From Gemmatimonadota bacterium (lineage in GTDB: Bacteria; Gemmatimonadota; Gemmatimonadetes; Gemmatimonadales; GWC2-71-9), in assembly GCA_039591655.1 (NCBI GenBank), contig JBDHDE010000030.1, positions 1,266 to 65,265 on the forward strand: a stretch of DNA of 64,000 nt, written 5' to 3'. The translations under genes and the position numbers were made by a program. Below, piece after piece: positions 57,733 through 64,000 of the stretch. Numbering within the stretch: position 1 is the first letter of the stretch; the number at the start of each line of letters is the position of its first letter. The notes beneath the pieces are model-generated. The model was not told where the DNA came from, made no database searches, and saw only the letters and a program-made list of their open reading frames with translations.

Positions 57733-58121
57733 GTGACACATCGCCGTTCGATCACCGGCCCGACTCGGAGCTGGGAGACGCGCTGCGGTCGGCCCTGTCG
57801 GCCCCCGACGATGCGGGCTTCGCCCGCCGCGTGGTGGCGGCGGCGGACGCTGAGCTCGGCGTGGGAGCGGGTCCGTACTGGCAGGTGCTCGGCGCCTGGG
57901 CGCGGCCGGCGCTCGTCGCCGCGATGCTCGTGATCGCCCTCGCCGGATTCTGGCTCGGTGTCGCCCTGCAGCGCGCCCCCGTCGCCGCCGGCAACGGCGT
58001 CGCTTTGGGCGACCCACTCACCGCGGCCGACACCGAACGGCTCGACGTCCCGGTGCTCCTCGCCGGGGACGAGTCACCGCCGTCGGTGGACGCAGTGATG
58101 GCTGTGGCACTCGAATACTGA
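57729..58121 (+). CDS. putative anti-sigma factor (single-pass membrane protein)
   Basis: There is an ATGA overlap with the sigma factor gene. It has one TM (ALVAAMLVIALAGFWLGVAL). The assignment is by position only. Confidence 0.5.
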   Translation: MSDTSPFDHRPDSELGDALRSALSAPDDAGFARRVVAAADAELGVGAGPYWQVLGAWARPALVAAMLVIALAGFWLGVALQRAPVAAGNGVALGDPLTAADTERLDVPVLLAGDESPPSVDAVMAVALEY

Positions 58122-58158
58122 CGGCATTCACCATCAAACGGGAAACGGCAGCAACGCG

Positions 58159-58554
58159 ATGTTCAGCAAGTCGAAAGCCCTAGCCTGGAGCCTCCTGACC
58201 GCCACGTTCCTGGTGGGCGTAGCGGTGGGCGGAGTGGGTATGGCGGCATGGGCCGGCGACGACGATGGTCGTCGACGGCATCCACGCGAACGCGTGAGCT
58301 ATTCCGATCGGCTGCAGCAGGAGTTGGCGCTGACGCCGGCGCAGCTGGAGTCCGTGCGAGTGATCCTCGATCGGCGGGAAGAGCAGATGCGACAGCTGTG
58401 GAGTGAGGTCCACCCGCAGTTCGACACGCTGCGCGCCCAGATCCGCGAGGAGATCACTGGAATCCTGGACGAAGAGCAGCGCGGGAAGTTCGCCGAGATG
58501 ATCGCGCACAGCGACAGTGTGCGGCGGCACCGGTCGCGGGGGAGGTCGCCATGA
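58159..58554 (+). CDS. Spy/CpxP-family periplasmic protein (LTxxQ motif)
   Basis: It has a signal/TM segment, then LALTPAQLESVRVILDRREEQMRQLW...ILDEEQRGKFAEM, which are helical LTxxQ-type repeats. Confidence 0.65.
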   Translation: MFSKSKALAWSLLTATFLVGVAVGGVGMAAWAGDDDGRRRHPRERVSYSDRLQQELALTPAQLESVRVILDRREEQMRQLWSEVHPQFDTLRAQIREEITGILDEEQRGKFAEMIAHSDSVRRHRSRGRSP

Positions 58555-59906
58555 GTAGTAGGCGCACTTCCACGGTGGTCACCTTCGGTTTGGTTGTCGC
58601 CGTGGCGGCCGGCTCCCTCGCGGCGCAGGAGCCCGCGGCAGCACCGCAGGCCGACCCGCGCGAGGCACTACCCGCGGTCACGTTGGACCAGGCCATCGAG
58701 ATGGCGCTCACGGTCAATCCGAACGTGGTGCGCGCGCAGGGGGATATGAACGTGGCGTCGGCCGAGCGCCGCCAGGCGTATGGGAGCTGGCTGCCCACCC
58801 TCAGCACGAACGGCTCTTCCAACACCAACTACAGCAGCGTCACGCGGGTGGACCAGAGCACCGGACTTCCGGTAGAGTCGGGCACTACCTCCACTACGTA
58901 CTCGGCAGGATTCAACTCCACACTGGAGATCTTCTCGGGCTTCCGCCGAACTGCTGAACTGCGATCCACCCGCGCGGGGATCGCGAGCGCCGATGCCACC
59001 CTGGTGAGCCGAGAGTTCCAGGTCGTTCTTGAGACCAAGCAAGCTTACTTCAATGCGCTGGCCGCCGACGAGCTCGTGCGCGTCTCCGACCGGCGCATCG
59101 AGCGGGCGCTCGAGTCGCTCAAGATCTCGCGAGACAAGCTCGCCGCAGGCAGCGCCATCCGGTCGGACACGCTGCGGGCAGTGGTCGAGCTGGGCAACGC
59201 CGAGCTGCAGCGCCTCAACGCCGTCACGGCCCGCGCCACAGCCGAGGCGAGCTTGGCGCGGCTCGTGGGTCTCGTGGGAAGCGTGCGGCCAGTGCGCGAC
59301 TCCTCACTGTTCGCGCCCGTCGCCACGGACACCGTGCAGCTGAGGATCGAAGCGCTCGAGAGCGCTCCGACTATTCTGGCGGCCGACGCCACCGCCGACG
59401 TAGCGGCGGCGAACGTGGGCGTCGCCCGGGCGCAGTACTTCCCGTCGCTCACGGCATCGGGGAGCCTCTCCTGGAACAACACGTCGGTCGCTGCTACCGA
59501 CACGAGAGACTGGAACAGCTCCTGGAACATCCGGCTGGGCGTGAGCTGGCCGCTGTTCAATGGGTTCGTCCGCGAGACGAACGTCGCGCGGCAGGCGGCC
59601 AACCGCGACGCCGCACGGGCGACGGCCGAGGACTCCCGTCGCCAAGTGAACGCGCTGCTCACGCAGTATCTCGCCTCGCTCGTCGCGGCGCGGCAGCGAT
59701 ACGAGATCGCGGTCACGAGCCTCACAGCCGCCACGGAGGACCTCCGGGTCCAGCAGCAGCGCTACCGCCTGGGCGCCTCCACGTTCCTCGAGATCCTCGC
59801 CTCGCAGGTCAACCTGGACCAGGCCGACATCGACCGGGTGCAGGCCGCGCTAGATTACCTCGTGGCCAAGGCTCAAATCGAGGCCCTGATTGGGAGAGAG
59901 CTATGA
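58551..59906 (+). CDS. TolC family outer membrane efflux protein
   Basis: It has a signal peptide and the duplicated TolC repeat pattern ([17 protein letters not shown]..., ...[16 protein letters not shown]..., ...[11 protein letters not shown]). Confidence 0.85.
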   Translation: MSSRRTSTVVTFGLVVAVAAGSLAAQEPAAAPQADPREALPAVTLDQAIEMALTVNPNVVRAQGDMNVASAERRQAYGSWLPTLSTNGSSNTNYSSVTRVDQSTGLPVESGTTSTTYSAGFNSTLEIFSGFRRTAELRSTRAGIASADATLVSREFQVVLETKQAYFNALAADELVRVSDRRIERALESLKISRDKLAAGSAIRSDTLRAVVELGNAELQRLNAVTARATAEASLARLVGLVGSVRPVRDSSLFAPVATDTVQLRIEALESAPTILAADATADVAAANVGVARAQYFPSLTASGSLSWNNTSVAATDTRDWNSSWNIRLGVSWPLFNGFVRETNVARQAANRDAARATAEDSRRQVNALLTQYLASLVAARQRYEIAVTSLTAATEDLRVQQQRYRLGASTFLEILASQVNLDQADIDRVQAALDYLVAKAQIEALIGREL

Positions 59907-60649
59907 CAGGCGCGATCCACCACATGGATTTCAGCACCGGTGATGTCCCACAGCCGGACATCATCATCCTGACGCACAAGCTATCCCGGGATTACTCGCT
60001 CGGCTCCGAGGTCGTGCACGCCCTGCGGGAGGTCAGCCTGCAGGTCCGCCAGAACGAGTTCAGCGCCATCATGGGGCCGTCGGGCTCCGGCAAGTCCACC
60101 CTGATGAACCTGTTGGGATGTCTCGACACTCCCACGGAGGGCGAGTACTGGCTCAACAGCCAGAAGGTGAGCGAGCTGGACGACGACGAGCTGGCACGGA
60201 TTCGTAACAAGGAGATCGGCTTCGTGTTCCAGACGTTCAACCTGCTACCACGGGCCAGCTCCCTGCACAACGTGGAGCTACCGCTGATCTATGCCGGCAT
60301 CTCGGGCAAGGCACGCCGGGAGCAGGCGGCCAATGCCCTGGAGCGCGTGGGCCTCGCGGACCGGATGGAGCACAAGCCCAACGAGCTGTCCGGCGGCCAG
60401 CGGCAGCGGGTGGCGATCGCCCGGGCGCTGGTGAACGAGCCCAGCATCTTGCTGGCCGACGAGCCCACCGGGAATCTCGACAGCCACACGGGCTCCGAGA
60501 TCATGGAGGTGTTCGAGCAGCTGCACGACCTGGGGCAGACCATTCTGTTGATCACACACGAGCCACACATCGCCAAACACGCGGGGCGCCAGATCCATCT
60601 GCTGGACGGGCGCGTCGAACAGGACGTTATCACAGAGAGACAACGATGA
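59903..60649 (+). CDS. ABC transporter ATP-binding protein (MacB/LolD class)
   Basis: The product has Walker [10 protein letters not shown], the Q-loop, the signature [15 protein letters not shown], Walker [13 protein letters not shown] and the H-loop ITHE. It begins with an ATGA overlap. Confidence 0.92.
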   Translation: MTGAIHHMDFSTGDVPQPDIIILTHKLSRDYSLGSEVVHALREVSLQVRQNEFSAIMGPSGSGKSTLMNLLGCLDTPTEGEYWLNSQKVSELDDDELARIRNKEIGFVFQTFNLLPRASSLHNVELPLIYAGISGKARREQAANALERVGLADRMEHKPNELSGGQRQRVAIARALVNEPSILLADEPTGNLDSHTGSEIMEVFEQLHDLGQTILLITHEPHIAKHAGRQIHLLDGRVEQDVITERQR

Positions 60650-62130
60650 GAGGCATCACGACAATCGCTCGGACCGCGGGGACCGTTCTAGCGGTTACCC
60701 TTCTCCTGGCCGCCTGTGGGGAGGAGGAGGTGCTGCCGGTCTACCAGATGATTCCGGTATCGACACGGGACATCGTGGTGTCGGCGAGCGCCGCAGGCGT
60801 CATCGAACCCATCACCACTATCGAGGTGAAGTCCAAGGCCTCGGGCGAGCTCTTCGAGGTACGCGTCGAGACCGGCGACGTGGTCAGGCGCGGTGACTTG
60901 CTCGCCCTGGTGGACCCCCGGGTGCCGCGTGCCACGCTGCGCCAGGCGGAGGCCGACCTGGAGTTGGCGAAGGCGCAGCTCGAGGTCGCGCAGTCGCAGC
61001 TCACGCGAGCCGAGGAGCTGTTCCAGACCCAGTCCATCACGGAGCAGGAGTACGAGTCCGCGACCCTCTCGGCCGCCACCGGTCAGGCGTCCCTGGTGCG
61101 GGCCGAACGGAACGTCGAGGACGCGCGCATCGCATTCGAGGACACCGACGTACGGGCGCCGAGCAACGGCGTCATCATCGAGCGCAACGTGGAGCCGGGC
61201 ACCGTCATCTCCTCGGCAATGCGGGAGGTGGGCGGCGGCACCGTGCTGCTTCGCATGGCCAACCTCGACACCGTCCAGGTCCGGGCGCTGGTGGACGAGA
61301 CGGATATCGGCAAGATCCAACCCGGGCTCGACGTCACCATCACGGTCGAGGCCTACCCCAACCGGCCGTTCCGTGGCCGGGTGCTCAAGATCGAGCCGCA
61401 GGCCGAGGTGACGCAGAATGTGACGATGTTCCCGGTGCTGGTGCGCATCGCCAATCGCGAAACGCTGCTGAAGCCCGGCATGAATGCCGAGGTGGAGGTG
61501 CACGTGGGTGAGCGGCGTGGGGTGATTGCCGTTCCCAATGCGGCACTGCGCACCGAACAGGACATGGGCTCGGCTGCGCAGGTGCTAGGCCTCGACCCGG
61601 ACGCCGTGCGCCAGCAGGTAGCCGACGCGCGCCAGGCCCGGCAAGAGCAGCAAGGCTCGTTCGGTGGCACCGCTGCCACGGATGTCGAACAGGGCCCCCG
61701 GCGCGAGACGATTTCCATGCGCGGCCAGGAGATCGAGCTCCCTGAGGGTGTTACCGCCGAGCAGGTGCGCGCCATGTTCCAGAAGATGCGCGAGCACGGC
61801 GGCCCCCAGGGCTTGAGCACCGAGGAGCGCCAGATCTTTCAGCAGGTACGCAACGCGATGCAGGCAGGAGGTGGCCAGCAGCGGCAGACCAACGAGTACC
61901 GGTTCGGCGGCAACTATGTCGTGTTCGCCCTGGGTGACGGCGGCCCCGTTGCGGTCCCGGTCCGCACGGGCCTCACTGATCTCGACTACTCGGAGATCGT
62001 CAACGGCCTCACGGAGGCCGACACTGTCCTCATCCTGCCCAGCGCGAGCCTGATTGCGAGCCAGCAGGAGTGGCAGGACCGGATCAACCGTGTACGGAGC
62101 CGCAGCCTCCCAGGCGTGTCGAGGAACTGA
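60646..62130 (+). CDS. efflux periplasmic adaptor (HlyD/MacA family)
   Basis: It has a lipoprotein-like N-terminus (LLLAAC), a coiled-coil hairpin ([22 protein letters not shown]...) and beta-barrel regions, plus an unusual Gln/Gly-rich insertion of about 110 aa (residues about 300-410). Confidence 0.85.
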   Translation: MRGITTIARTAGTVLAVTLLLAACGEEEVLPVYQMIPVSTRDIVVSASAAGVIEPITTIEVKSKASGELFEVRVETGDVVRRGDLLALVDPRVPRATLRQAEADLELAKAQLEVAQSQLTRAEELFQTQSITEQEYESATLSAATGQASLVRAERNVEDARIAFEDTDVRAPSNGVIIERNVEPGTVISSAMREVGGGTVLLRMANLDTVQVRALVDETDIGKIQPGLDVTITVEAYPNRPFRGRVLKIEPQAEVTQNVTMFPVLVRIANRETLLKPGMNAEVEVHVGERRGVIAVPNAALRTEQDMGSAAQVLGLDPDAVRQQVADARQARQEQQGSFGGTAATDVEQGPRRETISMRGQEIELPEGVTAEQVRAMFQKMREHGGPQGLSTEERQIFQQVRNAMQAGGGQQRQTNEYRFGGNYVVFALGDGGPVAVPVRTGLTDLDYSEIVNGLTEADTVLILPSASLIASQQEWQDRINRVRSRSLPGVSRN

Positions 62131-63341
62131 TGCTATTCGGCGAGATCATCCAGGTTGCCCTGGCGGCCATCCGGGCCAACAAGCTGCGCTCTCTTCTCAC
62201 CGCGCTGGGCATCGTGATAGGTGTGGCCGCAGTGATCACCATGGTGGCACTTGGCACCGGCGCCCAGAAGGCGGTGCAGGAGCAGATCGAGACCCTCGGC
62301 ACCGACCTTCTCTCGGTCTATGCCGGTCAGACGATGCACCGCGGCGTGTCCAGCTCGAGCGTCCGTCTCACGACCGAAGACTCTGAGGCGCTGGAGCGGG
62401 AGGGGCGGGGGTTCAAGGCCGTCATACCCGAGATGCGACGCAGCCAGCAGGTCAAGTACGCCAACCAGAACATCAACGTCAACGTGATCGGCACGTCACC
62501 CGCCTACGTGGACGCCAACAACTACAGACTGGCGTACGGGAGGACGCTCACGGCCGGTGACGGCAGTGCACGGAAGCGGGTGGCGGTACTCGGTTACGCG
62601 ATTCCAGACCAGTTGAGCGCCAACCCGGCGTCGATGCTGGGCCAGCAGATAACGATCCGCGGCATTCCGTTCGAGATAGTCGGCGTGCTGGCGGAGAAGG
62701 GCTCCCAGGGGAGCTGGTGGAATCCGGACGAACAGATCCTCGTCCCCGTGGAGACGGCGGAGTTCCGTATCTTCGGCAGCGACCGGCTCAACTCCATCAC
62801 GGTCCAGGTGGAAAGCCCCGATTCGGTCAACCTGGCCATGATCGAGATCGAGCGCGTGCTGCGCCGCGAGCACGGCGTCCGTCCCGGGGGTGACAACGAC
62901 TTCAGCATCCGCAACCGCGCGGAGTTCCTGGCGACGTTCGAGGAGACCACCAAGACGTTCACTTTCCTTCTGGCCGGCATCGCGGCGGTGAGCCTCCTGG
63001 TGGGCGGCATCGGCATCATGAACATCATGCTGGTGTCGGTCACTGAGCGGACCCGGGAGATCGGCATCCGCAAGGCATTGGGGGCCACGCGCCGCAACAT
63101 CCTGCTGCAGTTCATGGTGGAGGCGCTGGTGCTGTGCATGATGGGCGGCGCCCTCGGGATCCTCGCGGGCGCGGGAGGAGCAGTAGCGCTGTCGGTGCTC
63201 GCCAACTGGAACACCATGGTCTCGCCGGCGGCGGTGGTGCTAGCCGTCCTCTTCAGCGCCGCGGTGGGCATCTTCTTCGGCATCTGGCCGGCCCGGCGGG
63301 CAGCGTTGCTGGATCCCATCGAGGCGCTGCGCTACGAGTAG
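62130..63341 (+). CDS. ABC transporter permease (MacB/FtsX type)
   Basis: ATG 62130 shares one nucleotide with the upstream TGA. The product has [36 protein letters not shown], a large periplasmic loop, and a C-terminal FtsX domain (TERTREIGIRKALGA). Confidence 0.9.
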   Translation: MLFGEIIQVALAAIRANKLRSLLTALGIVIGVAAVITMVALGTGAQKAVQEQIETLGTDLLSVYAGQTMHRGVSSSSVRLTTEDSEALEREGRGFKAVIPEMRRSQQVKYANQNINVNVIGTSPAYVDANNYRLAYGRTLTAGDGSARKRVAVLGYAIPDQLSANPASMLGQQITIRGIPFEIVGVLAEKGSQGSWWNPDEQILVPVETAEFRIFGSDRLNSITVQVESPDSVNLAMIEIERVLRREHGVRPGGDNDFSIRNRAEFLATFEETTKTFTFLLAGIAAVSLLVGGIGIMNIMLVSVTERTREIGIRKALGATRRNILLQFMVEALVLCMMGGALGILAGAGGAVALSVLANWNTMVSPAAVVLAVLFSAAVGIFFGIWPARRAALLDPIEALRYE

Positions 63342-63475
63342 ACCGAGTTGCGTCACGAGCAAGCCAAAGCGAGTCGGCGGCGAATAGGCAGCACATAGGA
63401 TCCTACCCGCGAGTTACCGGCCGCCGTTCTTCCCCCTGCTGGCGGCGCGTGCCCCGCCGGATATCTTGAGAGGCG

Positions 63476-64000
63476 ATGATAGGCGTTCGCGTTCCCGCTA
63501 CGACCTCCAACCTCGGCGCCGGGTTCGACTGCCTCGGTCTCGCCCTCGACTTCTGGCTGGAGGCCCAGTTGCTCGACGGAGAGGGCGAGCCCGTGTACAT
63601 GGGCACGCTGGCGGAGCTGGATCCCGCCGAGGACATCGTGATGGGCATCATCGGGGACTCACTGCCGACGCGGCAGAAGCTCCAGGTGAACTCCGATATC
63701 CCTCTGGCCCGCGGCCTTGGCTCTTCCGCAGCGGCGGCCGTGGCAGGCTTCGCCCTCAAGCAGCTGATTCAGGAGAATGCCTTCGACCGGGACTCCGTGT
63801 ACGATGCGGCGGTTGCCCTCGAGGGCCATCCCGACAATGCCGGCGCGGCGACGTACGGTGGCTTCGTGCTAGCCGCACCCCGGCCGGCTCGCCTGGCGCT
63901 GAGTGAGCGCCTGGGAATCGCCCTCGCCGTGCCGGACACACCCATCGACACCAAGACCGCCCGCAGCATCCTACCCGCCGAGATCTCGCGGGAGACCACC
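63476..64000 (+). CDS. thrB: homoserine kinase; 3' end lies outside the window
   Basis: This frame is not listed in the ORF track because it runs off the window. My own translation is MIGVRVPATTSNLGAGFDCLGLAL...SDIPLARGLGSSAAAAVAG...EGHPDNAGAATYGG, which carries GHMP kinase motifs typical of ThrB. Confidence 0.85.
   Translation, partial: MIGVRVPATTSNLGAGFDCLGLALDFWLEAQLLDGEGEPVYMGTLAELDPAEDIVMGIIGDSLPTRQKLQVNSDIPLARGLGSSAAAAVAGFALKQLIQENAFDRDSVYDAAVALEGHPDNAGAATYGGFVLAAPRPARLALSERLGIALAVPDTPIDTKTARSILPAEISRETT

Overview
This is a 64-kb, very GC-rich (roughly 68-70% by eye) bacterial chromosomal segment. It is densely coding on both strands, with about 56 CDS, and many neighbouring genes share 4-nt start/stop overlaps (ATGA/GTGA). 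I saw no rRNA, tRNA, CRISPR array, transposase, integrase or phage genes, so it reads as core chromosome rather than an island.

Content in order:
- GH65 phosphorylase (5' partial), yggT, yggU.
- A cold-shock protein with a long leader, a B12-type radical SAM enzyme, and a DEAD-box helicase.
- Two tandem paralogous membrane Ser/Thr kinases.
- A GalT-like nucleotidyltransferase and a TreT-like glycosyltransferase.
- A one-carbon block: metH, a fused Hcy-methyltransferase/MTHFR, and a second MTHFR-like gene.
- An SDR and a DUF4153-like membrane protein.
- A MoxR / DUF58 / DUF4350 / DUF4129 / membrane-protein operon facing a fused RDD-SpoIIM gene.
- A GspG-like pseudopilin coupled to an HD-GYP sensor, divergent from a gspHIJK-like minor pseudopilin operon.
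- SCO1 / PCuAC / CtaG copper-delivery genes.
- A PqqD-like orphan, an OPT transporter and three peptidases, and a HEAT-repeat protein.
- A GAF / hypothetical / nth / YyaL / small-protein operon.
- TPR, GT39 and AsnB envelope genes, and an HD hydrolase.
- An ECF sigma / anti-sigma / CpxP-like / TolC / MacAB-like seven-gene unit, then thrB (3' partial).

The kinase N-termini and the gene content suggest a Gemmatimonadota- or Acidobacteriota-like organism. That is inference only.

I found no clearly novel multi-gene system. The most unusual signals are:
- Both kinases lack any ATG/GTG/TTG upstream of their essential glycine-rich loop and share a conserved GGAG-N8-CTG.
- A 37-bp exact copy of the kinase 5' coding sequence sits just after the kinase-1 stop codon.
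- A perfect 3 x 34-bp tandem repeat carrying SD-GTG modules abuts the metH start.
- An AT-rich operator-like island lies in front of the DUF4153-like gene.
- The pseudopilin gene is translationally coupled to the HD-GYP gene.
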